A stretch of 64,000 nt of DNA from an uncultured Candidatus Saccharibacteria bacterium (GCA_964514375.1 CAZEQH010000004.1:191-64190), one strand, 5' to 3'. Shown: positions 17,534-26,179, counted from the first letter of the stretch. Numbers and translations: made by a program. The notes: a model not told the origin generated them from the letters alone.

Positions 17534-17938
17534 TTAATAGGTATGAGCCGCCCGCAGTATGGCTTTGGCGTTTTCGAAGGTCAGCCGTTCCAGGGCCTGC
17601 CGGTAATCAAGCCATTCAAATCCCTGGTGTTCCCATGAAATTTTAACCTCCCTGTCTGCAGTTTCCACCAGGAAAAAGATTACTTGCTTAAAAATGGTAT
17701 TACCCCGCCTTTTGTAGAAATAAGTAATGGTTTTCCTAAAACCGGGAATGAATTTAAGGCTTGTAATTCCGGTTTCTTCCTGAATTTCCCTGACTGCCGT
17801 TTCTTCCGGTGTTTCTCCTTTCTCTATGTTTCCCTTAGGGAAATCCCAATGACCTCCTTCGTAGTACAGGAGAAGGTAATAAGTTTCCTGTCCTTCTTTT
17901 CGGAAAATTACCGCACCGGCTGAGCGTTCTTTTAACAT
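17534..17938 (-). CDS. NUDIX hydrolase
   Basis: Nudix box GGHWDFPKGNIEKGETPEETAVREIQEETGI (GX5EX7REUXEEXGU). Confidence 0.85.
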   Translation of the reverse strand: MLKERSAGAVIFRKEGQETYYLLLYYEGGHWDFPKGNIEKGETPEETAVREIQEETGITSLKFIPGFRKTITYFYKRRGNTIFKQVIFFLVETADREVKISWEHQGFEWLDYRQALERLTFENAKAILRAAHTY

Positions 17939-17939
17939 A

Positions 17940-19703
17940 TTAACGGAAAAGGGGTATAAGCTTTTTAACGGGCATGGTATTGATAATATTCTGCTTCTCG
18001 GTCCATCCCCTTCTGGCCTGAGCCACTCCCAATTCTAAACATTTCATTTGATTCTTATGGTGGGCATCGGTATTAATCACCATCAATACTCCTTCTTCAT
18101 TACACCTTTTAATGTAGTAATCACTCAGGTCAAGCCTTTGGGGAGAGGAATTGATTTCTAGAAAGACATGGAATTCCTGGGCTGCCCGCAGTATCTTTTC
18201 AAAATTCACTTTATATTCTTCCCTTCTCTTGATAAGACGGCCCGTGGGATGAGAAATTATATTGATGAAAGGGTTCTTCATCGCCTTGATTATTCTTTCC
18301 GTCATTTCGTCTTTAGACATTTTAAAATTGGAATGGATTCCGGCGATGGCATAATCTAATTTTTTTAAAGCTTTGTCGTCAATATCAATAGAGCCGTTAT
18401 TTAAAATATTTGTTTCCGCTCCCTGGAGAATAACGAACGGAGTTCGAGGTTCTGAGTTCGGGGTTCGGGGTTTACCTCGCACCATCTCTGGTGCGGGTTC
18501 GGAGTTAATCTTATCTATCTCCTTTCTCTGCTCTGAGAGCTGTTTTTCATTGAGACCGCTCTCAATTTTAAGGAATTTGGTGTGGTCTGAAATTCCAAGA
18601 TATTCGTATCCCATTTCCCGGGCTTTCTGTGCCATTTCTAAAATGGAATTTTCTCCCCCGTCCCAGGAGCAGTGGCAGTGCAAATCTCCTTTAATATCTT
18701 CCAATTTCACCAAATGCGGCAACTCTCCCTTGATGGCAGCCTCTATCTCCCCTTTATCCTCCCTTATCTCCGGAGGAACCCAGGACATGCCTAAATTTTC
18801 ATATATTTCCTCCTCGGTTTCGCCGGCCATTTTTTTATCTCCTTTGAAAAGTCCGTATTCGTTAAGCTTAAGGCCTTTGGCAATGGCGATTTTACGGGTA
18901 GCGATGTTGTGTTCCTTGGAGCCAGTAAAATACTGAAGGGCGGCGCCGTACGATTCTTGCGGAATAACCCTGACGTCAACGTCAAAACCCTGTTCCATTC
19001 TCACGGAAGCTTTTGTTCCTCCTTTACCCCAGACTTTCACTACCCCTGGCAGGGAAACCACGAATTCCATTACTTCGGCAGACTTGTCCGATATTACCAA
19101 AAAATCCAGGTCTCCGATGGTTTCTTTCATCCTCCTCAGAGAACCCACTATATCTGCTTTCTTAACCACTTTCAGGGAGCGCAACTTCCCTTCTATCTCA
19201 CGGGCTGTGGGAAGGATGTCGCCCAGCAGGAATCTCCCTTTGCTCTTTTTCAAAAATTCTATGCCTTGCAAAATATTTTGCTCGGTCTTTTCCCCGAAAC
19301 CGAACAGGGGGGCTATTTTGTGGGCGAGAGCCGCCTTTTCCAAGTCCTTGATGTTCCTGATGTTGAGATTTTGATAAAGAGTCCTAATTCTCTTGGGGCC
19401 CAACCCTTCCACAGCCGTCAGTTGTTCTATGTCTACGGGTGCCTTTTTACGCAGATGTTCGTAGTATTTAATCTTGCCTGTATCTAGGTATTCTGCAATC
19501 TTAGCTGCTATGCTCTTTCCCACGCCGGGGATATCCTCCAGCCCCTTCAACCCCTGCTTGTCATAGATTTCATCCACGCTTTCCTCCATATTCTCAATCG
19601 CCAAAGCCACTTTCTTATAAGCGGCCGGTTTAAAGGGAACCTCCTGCATTTCCAGGTACTCGGCGATAAGGTTGATGATTTTAGCTATCTCTTGATTGTG
19701 CAT
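17940..19703 (-). CDS. polX: Family X DNA polymerase with C-terminal PHP domain (PolX)
   Basis: N-terminal HhH/Pol-beta-like region (IAEYLEMQEVPFKPAAYKKVALAIENM; GVGKSIAAKIAEYL; GSLRRMKETIGDLDFLV), then PHP motifs (GDLHCHCSWDGG; ISDHTKF; INTDAHH). Confidence 0.85.
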   Translation of the reverse strand: MHNQEIAKIINLIAEYLEMQEVPFKPAAYKKVALAIENMEESVDEIYDKQGLKGLEDIPGVGKSIAAKIAEYLDTGKIKYYEHLRKKAPVDIEQLTAVEGLGPKRIRTLYQNLNIRNIKDLEKAALAHKIAPLFGFGEKTEQNILQGIEFLKKSKGRFLLGDILPTAREIEGKLRSLKVVKKADIVGSLRRMKETIGDLDFLVISDKSAEVMEFVVSLPGVVKVWGKGGTKASVRMEQGFDVDVRVIPQESYGAALQYFTGSKEHNIATRKIAIAKGLKLNEYGLFKGDKKMAGETEEEIYENLGMSWVPPEIREDKGEIEAAIKGELPHLVKLEDIKGDLHCHCSWDGGENSILEMAQKAREMGYEYLGISDHTKFLKIESGLNEKQLSEQRKEIDKINSEPAPEMVRGKPRTPNSEPRTPFVILQGAETNILNNGSIDIDDKALKKLDYAIAGIHSNFKMSKDEMTERIIKAMKNPFINIISHPTGRLIKRREEYKVNFEKILRAAQEFHVFLEINSSPQRLDLSDYYIKRCNEEGVLMVINTDAHHKNQMKCLELGVAQARRGWTEKQNIINTMPVKKLIPLFR

Positions 19704-19731
19704 ATTGATTCTTATAAAACCGTCGCCTGTC

Positions 19732-20355
19732 TCATTTATGAAAAATTTCTTTGAAGCTGAAATGCATACCGTGGTCTGCCGAAGCCATTATGTCCTTCCT
19801 CAAAAAGAGGAGAATAAGTACCCCCACAATCTCAATCAGGCCTACTGCGATAAAGACGGGATTAAAGCCGAAGCGAGCTACCGCCCAGCCACCCACCGCA
19901 CCCGATATGCCCATACCGATACCAACAAAGGTGGCGTCAATTCCCCATTCGGTGGCTTCTTTTTGTTTGTCGATGTGACGGGTGAAGATGGCTGACCAGC
20001 CCGACAGACCCATGGCCATACCGATACCCTGAAGGACCTGGATGAGATAAATGTGCCAAGGATAAGCGGCAAACAGATAACAAAATGGAACAGCAGCCAC
20101 TATGGCAAGCCCAAGCATTAAGAAAATATAATCGTCCATTTCACCCGGACGATTGTCCAAGAAAATTCCTATGGGAATCCTGAGGAAAGACTTTACTATC
20201 CAGTAAACTGCCGAAGCCAACCCGGCTGCCGCCACCGAGCCTCCCTTGATATTGTCTGTGATAAAGATAGCAAAAATGGGGCTGGTTAAGCCCCAACCGC
20301 CCCAAAAAATTAAATCGCTGATGATGAAATATTTGATGACGCGGTTGATTTCCAT
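19732..20355 (-). CDS. Six-TM membrane protein resembling one half of an MFS transporter
   Basis: Six hydrophobic spans and an MFS motif-A-like loop (GIFLDNRPGEMDD) between TM2 and TM3. Only 207 aa, with no room for a second half downstream. Confidence 0.4.
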   Translation of the reverse strand: MEINRVIKYFIISDLIFWGGWGLTSPIFAIFITDNIKGGSVAAAGLASAVYWIVKSFLRIPIGIFLDNRPGEMDDYIFLMLGLAIVAAVPFCYLFAAYPWHIYLIQVLQGIGMAMGLSGWSAIFTRHIDKQKEATEWGIDATFVGIGMGISGAVGGWAVARFGFNPVFIAVGLIEIVGVLILLFLRKDIMASADHGMHFSFKEIFHK

Positions 20356-20367
20356 GTTAATTAAAGA

Positions 20368-20772
20368 TTATCCCTTTATTATTTTCACGTTAATTTCCCG
20401 CTGACGGGGACGATTGTCAAAGTCGATGAATGCTATCTGCTGCCAGGTTCCCAAGACCAGTCTGCCCTCTTCTACGGAAACGGCGAGGAAGGGTTTAAGC
20501 AGCGCCGACCTCACGTGCGCATAACCGTTGCAATCTCCCCATTTCTTGCAATGTTCGTAATCCTTGGAAACCGGAGCTATTCTATCAAGCGTTCTTTTTA
20601 AATCCTCTATCAGGCCGGATTCATATTCCAGAGTAGTAATGCCGCAGGTGGAACCTGCGCAGGAAACGAAACAAACACCTTCTTTTATGTTTGCATCTGC
20701 GACTATTCCCGAAACCTGGTCTGTAATGTCAATTATGTCCGTAAATCCCCTCGTTTCTATGGAAAATTTCAT
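20368..20772 (-). CDS. YjbQ/UPF0047 family protein (secondary thiamine-phosphate synthase-like)
   Basis: TRGFTDIIDITDQV...GVCFVSCAGSTCGITTLEYESGL...GYAHVRSALL...LGTWQQIAFIDFD is a typical UPF0047 pattern. Confidence 0.75.
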   Translation of the reverse strand: MKFSIETRGFTDIIDITDQVSGIVADANIKEGVCFVSCAGSTCGITTLEYESGLIEDLKRTLDRIAPVSKDYEHCKKWGDCNGYAHVRSALLKPFLAVSVEEGRLVLGTWQQIAFIDFDNRPRQREINVKIIKG

Positions 20773-21767
20773 ATTGAAGACTTATCAACCTTATCAAGGA
20801 TGATTTTTTTAAAAAATATCACCCCGTAACGCATAATGACAACCAGACCGGCCAGAGAAAATAAAAGCTCTGCTGCCCTGATAATCATGGTAAAGGCAGT
20901 GGCAGCCGGCACCCCCATGCCTAATGACTTGAAGGCGAAAGCCTGAATGGCCTCATGGGAACCAAGGGAGGTGGGGATGGGGATCATAGCGGCCAAATAA
21001 GTAAAGCTGAGTATGGAAACAGCCGAGATGGGAGAAATTTCCTTCACCAAGAAAGCTATCAGAAGCCAAGTCCGAAGATACATCACTGCTGCCCGCAAAA
21101 AGGAAATTAAGAAGCTTTTAACCATTGGCTTGTTCTCGAAACGAAAGAAATCAAAAATCTCCTTTTCTATCAGCAGAGGTTCTTCGCTGAGACTGCCTCC
21201 AAAAAGGCGTCTGAATGTTTTGGCGATACTTTCTCTTCTGAAGGTTTTGAAGTAAAACCACGAAATGGCAGCCGAAAACAGCAGAAAGACTCCTCCGAAG
21301 GTTATTAAAAGGTTTTTGGGAGGCAAACCCATCCTGCTTAGAAAAAAAGTGAGGCCTGCCAGAATAATAACCAGATTCACGGTCCATTCCAGCACCCTGT
21401 CGATTACGACGGAAGCCAGGGCCTTTGACCAGGAAAGGCTGCTTTTTCTTTTGACGGCATACGCACGAAAAACTTCTCCCCCCCAAACCAGAACCGGAGC
21501 CAAAAACATAACCGCAAAACCTGCCAGATAGGGACTGAAAAGGTCCCAGAAAGAGATATTCACGTCCTGACCTTTTAAAATTTCCCGCCACCTCCAGTTA
21601 GCTGTGAGTATTATCAGCAGGGTTAAGATAAAAATCAATATTCCCTCCCATCCTTTAAATACCATCAAGGCTCCTTTAATTTCATTCCAGCCAACAAAAC
21701 CAATAACCCATTTTAGGAGTATTATTCCCGCAATCAATGATAAAATAAGCAGTAAAATGCGTTTCAT
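20769..21767 (-). CDS. Flippase-like / lysylphosphatidylglycerol-synthase-TM-region (UPF0104) family membrane protein
   Basis: 332-aa polytopic membrane protein. The N-terminus (MKRILLLILSLIAGIILLKWVIGFVGWNEI) and overall layout resemble UPF0104. The assignment is by resemblance only. Confidence 0.45.
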   Translation of the reverse strand: MKRILLLILSLIAGIILLKWVIGFVGWNEIKGALMVFKGWEGILIFILTLLIILTANWRWREILKGQDVNISFWDLFSPYLAGFAVMFLAPVLVWGGEVFRAYAVKRKSSLSWSKALASVVIDRVLEWTVNLVIILAGLTFFLSRMGLPPKNLLITFGGVFLLFSAAISWFYFKTFRRESIAKTFRRLFGGSLSEEPLLIEKEIFDFFRFENKPMVKSFLISFLRAAVMYLRTWLLIAFLVKEISPISAVSILSFTYLAAMIPIPTSLGSHEAIQAFAFKSLGMGVPAATAFTMIIRAAELLFSLAGLVVIMRYGVIFFKKIILDKVDKSSI

Positions 21768-21832
21768 GACGTTAGTTAATTATAGAACTTTTCGAACGGT
21801 GATGTAAAACATTAAGCTCCGCCCGCGGGAAT

Positions 21833-21861
21833 AAAAAACGAGACTTTTAAATGCCTCGTTT
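21833..21861 (-). terminator. Intrinsic terminator after the 65-aa ORF
   Basis: On the minus strand: AAACGAG-12 nt loop-CTCGTTT followed by TTT(A)T, 22 nt downstream of the ORF stop. Confidence 0.6.
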
Positions 21862-21882
21862 AAAGAACAAAACCTACGGGAA

Positions 21883-22080
21883 CTACAAGCATCGCCATAA
21901 TTCGTCTCCATTCAGACGTACTACCGTCCATTGTAACACCTGTCCATCAGCGCAAGGTTCTAATTTCGTTCCAAAATTTATTTCTACTCCGTCTTCCAAC
22001 ACAATGGTAAATTTATCGTCGTGCGTCCGGACATCAACTATTTTCTTGTTTAGAATACTCAAACTTGTGCTTTCTAACAT
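21883..22080 (-). CDS. Small hypothetical protein (65 aa), own transcription unit
   Basis: The ORF is flanked by its own promoter (22119-22146) and terminator (21833-21861). It is one of the few genes here with an SD-like GAGG upstream. No recognisable motif. Confidence 0.5.
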   Translation of the reverse strand: MLESTSLSILNKKIVDVRTHDDKFTIVLEDGVEINFGTKLEPCADGQVLQWTVVRLNGDELWRCL

Positions 22081-22118
22081 TGCTTTCTCACCCTCTTATT
22101 TTTTTAAAGATTATTATA

Positions 22119-22146
22119 ATTTTAATAGATTGCCCCTGAAAATCAA
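22119..22146 (-). promoter_or_regulatory. Sigma-70-like promoter for the 65-aa ORF
   Basis: On the minus strand: TTGATT (22146-22141), 16-nt spacer, TAAAAT (22124-22119), immediately followed by TATAAT. Confidence 0.5.
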
Positions 22147-22174
22147 AAATACTTATCTACTTTTCCCCCAACGG

Positions 22175-23221
22175 CTATCTTCGGAAATTAATAAGCTTGA
22201 CACCTTCTGTTTCCGTGGTAACCGGGAAAGAGGAAAAACCTTTTTCATTAAAAAGTTCAGAGAGAGCTTTTTCTCTTTTGTCATCCTCTGCCAATATTAT
22301 GCAGCAGCCTCCTCCCCATCCTCCGGTAGGTTTTGCCCCAAGGGCTCCGTTCTCGCGAGCCAGGGAAATTATCCTATCTAATTCGGGAGTGGAGATATGC
22401 AGCTTACTCAGTTCCTGATAATATTCCGTCATCAGCCCGCCAACCTTCCTTAGATTGTTTGTGGATAAAGCCGACAAAGCCTTTCGGGAAATTAAATCCA
22501 GGTCTTCCATTATCCGGCTCACCTGAGAGGGATTTTTTTCCCGCAGTTCTCTGACATAGGAAACCGTTTCTGAGGTCATGGCTTTCTGGCCGCTGTCCAC
22601 AATCAAAAGGGGCAGGCTAAAGTCAATTTTCATCCGCCTGATACCGCCGGATTTTCTGTAGGTAAGGTATCCTCCCCAGGTAACGGCGCTGTTATCGATA
22701 CCCGAAGGAGTTCCTCCATGTGCTATAATGTCTCCCCGGTAAGCGAATTCTGAAATCTCTCTCTCGGAGAGACTCTTACCCAAAAGTTTCAGGACTGCCG
22801 CGCTAATGGCAGAAAAAACGGCTGAGCTTGAACCCAGACTGTTGGGAATGTCAGAATCAATCTCAATATGTATACCATGAAAGGTGCGGTATTTTTTAAA
22901 AATCTCAGCTATTACAAAAAAACTCGGCGCAAGGTTATTTTGCGCCAGGTTTTCCTTTATTTTCTGAAAATCTCCGCTCTTCTCCCAAGCCCTTATCTCT
23001 TCTGCTTTCTGGAAAAGACCCTTCTCATCCAGGGAATCTTTAAACCCCAAACCATGGGAATCTATATCAATCCTTTCTTCCGACAGCAGCGACGCCTTAA
23101 CCCGGCATCTCCTGTCTATGCTGCAAACGATGCCTAATTTGTCATAAACAACGGCGTGTTCGCCAAAGAGAATAACCTTTCCGGGAGCTGAGGAAATAAC
23201 CATTTTATTGTGAAGAATCAA
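22175..23221 (-). CDS. mvk: Mevalonate kinase (GHMP kinase family)
   Basis: SAPGKVILFGEHAVVYDKLGIV at the N-terminus; GHMP ATP-binding motif PNSLGSSSAVFSA; C-terminal GAKPTGGWGGGC. Confidence 0.75.
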   Translation of the reverse strand: MILHNKMVISSAPGKVILFGEHAVVYDKLGIVCSIDRRCRVKASLLSEERIDIDSHGLGFKDSLDEKGLFQKAEEIRAWEKSGDFQKIKENLAQNNLAPSFFVIAEIFKKYRTFHGIHIEIDSDIPNSLGSSSAVFSAISAAVLKLLGKSLSEREISEFAYRGDIIAHGGTPSGIDNSAVTWGGYLTYRKSGGIRRMKIDFSLPLLIVDSGQKAMTSETVSYVRELREKNPSQVSRIMEDLDLISRKALSALSTNNLRKVGGLMTEYYQELSKLHISTPELDRIISLARENGALGAKPTGGWGGGCCIILAEDDKREKALSELFNEKGFSSFPVTTETEGVKLINFRR

Positions 23222-23996
23222 AATTTTCCCTTAAAAATTGAGAGATTTGGCGGCCGGTTAATGATTCCCAGGTATATTCGTGCCCCGGCACCTGAATAGA
23301 GCGGGCAAAAGAAATATTTGTTCCGCAAAGCTTGGCCGAAATCACTCTGAAAGGGGCTTTAATAAGAGATATTAACAAATTGGATACCTTCCTGTCGGCC
23401 AAGGAATCCTGCCCGTTGTTATCTAAAAAAAGAACGTTATCTGCCTGTAAAGGTTTTTCCCAAAAAGGCGTGCCTACCTCTACGGCCAATATTTTGCTTC
23501 CTTCCGCCTGCGGTATCTTTTCTATTATTTGATTGCTAAAAGCGGCACCATTGGAAAGACCGGTAATAATTATCCTCTCTTCCGGGTTTTTAACCAGATG
23601 GAGTTCTAATTGTTCCGCCAGTGCGGAAGATTGGGAATAAAAGGAGGAAAGAAGGCTTTTCAGTCCGGTAATCTTGCCAAGGAAACTATTTTCGGTCCTC
23701 TTATAGGGAATCACTATCGGATTGTAATCCATTTTCTCAAAGGTCTCTTGGATACCCGATAAAATAGATTTGAAATCGTTCGCCTCTTGAGGAGGCGTAT
23801 AACCCCATCCTCCTGAATTAAAAACGATTATCACGCGCTTGGGAGTAATCTCGTTCAGCTGAGCTACGAAATCGGCATTGTCGGGAAATTTATTGGGGGC
23901 TAAGATAAAGACGAGAACCGCTGCCGCCGCCAAGATTGTTAGAGTTTTTTTTAACTTTCCCATATTTTGGGTTCTTATGCCGGGGACTTTATTCAA
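23205..23996 (-). CDS. Membrane-anchored alpha/beta-hydrolase-like protein
   Basis: N-terminal anchor (LTILAAAAVLVFIL) and a possible nucleophile elbow, IITGLSNGAAF (GxSxG). The start may be the internal Met at 23963. Function unknown. Confidence 0.4.
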   Translation of the reverse strand: MNKVPGIRTQNMGKLKKTLTILAAAAVLVFILAPNKFPDNADFVAQLNEITPKRVIIVFNSGGWGYTPPQEANDFKSILSGIQETFEKMDYNPIVIPYKRTENSFLGKITGLKSLLSSFYSQSSALAEQLELHLVKNPEERIIITGLSNGAAFSNQIIEKIPQAEGSKILAVEVGTPFWEKPLQADNVLFLDNNGQDSLADRKVSNLLISLIKAPFRVISAKLCGTNISFARSIQVPGHEYTWESLTGRQISQFLRENFDSSQ

Positions 23997-24001
23997 AAAA
24001 C

Positions 24002-25294
24002 CTATTTTCTTCCCCTCCGGGAATAGAATTTTTTCTTGACCTCATCAAAAAAGTCAAAACAAAGCTGATTGTCACATTTTTCAAAAGCCCATTCCCAAAT
24101 GGGAGCCGCGGAAAATTTATTATTCTGACGTTCATACAATAGATTCTGAAGGAGAACCGCCAGAACATTAATCTGAGACAGAAAACTGCCTTCCGGACTG
24201 CTCCTGGTTCTGTATTCTCTCCATAAATCGATAATCTCTTTCTTGAAAGGAGGCTTTAGATTACGGGAAAGATTTTCCAGGGCTTCTTTTTCTTCTTTAA
24301 AGTCTTCTGCAAACTGCTCTGCCTTTTCTGCCTGAGAAAGCCGCACCCACTTTTTAAGGGCTTCCTTTCGAGTTTTTCCTTCCCTGGGTAAATTACTATC
24401 ATAAGGAGTGGTATCTCCGGTATAGACGGCTGATATCTCATGGCAGAGAGCCATTTTGATGAGCTTATCCAGATTGCACTTTATCTGACTTCCGAAAACC
24501 CACGCCATAATAGAGACTGTAAAGATGTGGCCTGCTACTGTTTCCGGCTCCTTAACCTTCCTTATCTTCCAGTACATCCTCGGCAGTCTCTTCAGTTTTC
24601 CCACTTGAAGAAGAAAATCCAGAATATTCTCAAGTTCCCTGTCGCCTTTCTCCATCTTCTTGCTTTTAGGATAAAATCTTGCCTGTATAACCTTTAAAAA
24701 ATCTATCAACATGGGGTCTTCAACCATTTCCTCTGTCCCTTCCCACCAGCTGGTACCGCTGTCCTCTTCCTTGCTCCCCAGATATTCTATTGACTGGAGA
24801 AGGGTTTCTATCCTGTCTACCTGCTTTACAAATTTACCTTCCTGCGACATTCTCCTTTCGTATCCCAGCCATGAAGAAAACAATTCTCTCTTGAGCTGGG
24901 GAGAGAGACTTTGAATTAATTTCTCCAAGCTCTCCTTTTCTTTTTGAAACTTTATTCTTCCTCTTTTCTCCTTTTCCTTTTTAGTCAGCCGCACCCACCT
25001 CATCAAGGCCTTCTCCTTATCCATTTTCCCTTTTCCCTGCGGAAGGTCCACATAGTAAAAAAACGGGGTCATATCCCCCGCATACACTTCACATAGGTCA
25101 TGGGCCAAAGCCATCTTGACTGCTTTGGCGGCGTTGAGCCCTCTCTTTTCGGCCAGAAGCCAGCAGGCCAGAGCAAGCCGAAAGGTATGGTCTGCGATGG
25201 TCTCCGGATTTTTTACTCCCATCAACACCCATCCTGTTCTCTGCATTGTTTTTAATTTACTGACTTCCAGGAGGAAGTCCAATGCTTTATCCAT
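24002..25294 (-). CDS. Tandem HD-domain phosphohydrolase (two YfbR-like 5'-deoxynucleotidase modules fused)
   Basis: Two copies of the pattern R(T/M)GW...PET(I/V)A(D/G)H...A(L)(A/C)H(D/E)...GD(M/T)TP (aa ~15-80 and ~235-300). The duplication is visible at nucleotide level too (gccgcacccac in both halves). Confidence 0.65.
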   Translation of the reverse strand: MDKALDFLLEVSKLKTMQRTGWVLMGVKNPETIADHTFRLALACWLLAEKRGLNAAKAVKMALAHDLCEVYAGDMTPFFYYVDLPQGKGKMDKEKALMRWVRLTKKEKEKRGRIKFQKEKESLEKLIQSLSPQLKRELFSSWLGYERRMSQEGKFVKQVDRIETLLQSIEYLGSKEEDSGTSWWEGTEEMVEDPMLIDFLKVIQARFYPKSKKMEKGDRELENILDFLLQVGKLKRLPRMYWKIRKVKEPETVAGHIFTVSIMAWVFGSQIKCNLDKLIKMALCHEISAVYTGDTTPYDSNLPREGKTRKEALKKWVRLSQAEKAEQFAEDFKEEKEALENLSRNLKPPFKKEIIDLWREYRTRSSPEGSFLSQINVLAVLLQNLLYERQNNKFSAAPIWEWAFEKCDNQLCFDFFDEVKKKFYSRRGRK

Positions 25295-25401
25295 AAAATT
25301 TCAACTTCCAATTTAATAACCCTTATCTAATACAAAAATATGCTCAGAGCTCCCCTGAGTATATTATCGTAATTTATGAGAGATAGTCAAACCTACTCCT
25401 A

Positions 25402-25875
25402 TTATATGAAGCGGTATTTGACGTCTTTAATTTTATAGACAACCTTGATAGGAGAGGTAATAATCACTTCTTCCCCCTTTATGTGTCCGAGCAGGGTTCT
25501 ACCTATGGGGGAGGCAGAAGAAATCTTGCCTTCTCCCGGATTGGCCTCGAGGCTTCCTACAATCATAAATTCGTTAATCTGACCGTCTGCCTCCTGGAGG
25601 GTTACTGTCGCTCCAAGTGATACTATATCCCGCTTGCTCTTGGCGGGCTTCTTGATAGTCTCTGCATTTTTGAGAACATTGGTGAGCTCAACAATCCTGG
25701 TCTCCAAAAAACTGAGGTCTTCCCTAAAAGAAAGGTATTCCGGATTTAAATCTTCTGAGTGTAAAGCGGTGGGGGTTTCTCCCGTGGTTTTGGCAAACTT
25801 AATCTTCTTCAAATCCTGATATTCTTTTTGAAGTTTTTTTAATCCTTCTTTAGTGAGGTAAAACTTGTTTTCCAT
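25402..25875 (-). CDS. greA: Transcription elongation factor GreA
   Basis: N-terminal coiled-coil (LTKEGLKKLQKEYQDL) and C-terminal FKBP-like domain (ISSASPIGRTLLGHIKGEEV). Confidence 0.85.
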   Translation of the reverse strand: MENKFYLTKEGLKKLQKEYQDLKKIKFAKTTGETPTALHSEDLNPEYLSFREDLSFLETRIVELTNVLKNAETIKKPAKSKRDIVSLGATVTLQEADGQINEFMIVGSLEANPGEGKISSASPIGRTLLGHIKGEEVIITSPIKVVYKIKDVKYRFI

Positions 25876-25881
25876 GGTTTT

Positions 25882-25913
25882 AAAGAGAAAAGGCCTCTCT
25901 TGGTGAGAGGCCT
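25882..25913 (-). terminator. Intrinsic terminator/attenuator 15 nt upstream of the greA start codon
   Basis: On the minus strand: AGGCCTCTC-accaa-GAGAGGCCT followed by TTTCTCTTT, then aaaacc-ATG(greA). Confidence 0.65.
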
Positions 25914-26085
25914 AGTAGTGAGTTCCTGATGATAGTGTTAGCGGCTTTTTCTACTAAACCTCTCGTGTTTTTCTCCGTAAGTGGTGGAGACACAAATTTT
26001 CCAGGTTTTAATCCCGGTTAGTGTAAAAAATGTATTTTGCCTTCTTTTATTCATAATCTAATCTGGGTTTACTAGAACTTTTTTC

Positions 26086-26113
26086 ATTATAGCCGCAAGG
26101 TTAATGTTGTCAA
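26086..26113 (-). promoter_or_regulatory. Consensus sigma-70 promoter pointing toward greA
   Basis: On the minus strand: TTGACA (26113-26108), 16-nt spacer, TATAAT (26091-26086). Both hexamers match the consensus perfectly. Confidence 0.65.
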
Positions 26114-26151
26114 GATTAGAATATTAAAGCGACCGGTGAGCCGGTAAGCCT

Positions 26152-26179
26152 TTGAAAATTTATTTCTTTCTTTTAGAAT
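26152..26179 (+). promoter_or_regulatory. Sigma-70-like promoter for rtcA
   Basis: TTGAAA (26152-26157), 16-nt spacer, TAGAAT (26174-26179), about 30 nt upstream of the rtcA ATG. Confidence 0.5.

Noticed and set aside
18373-19487. Plus-strand ORFs 18373..18936, 18909..19487 and 19084..19374
   Set aside because: They are antisense to the PolX gene, which has clear Pol-beta and PHP motifs.
21851-22381. A 176-aa plus-strand ORF spanning the small-ORF locus and the end of mvk
   Set aside because: It crosses a promoter, a terminator and two better-supported minus-strand genes, and has no motif support.
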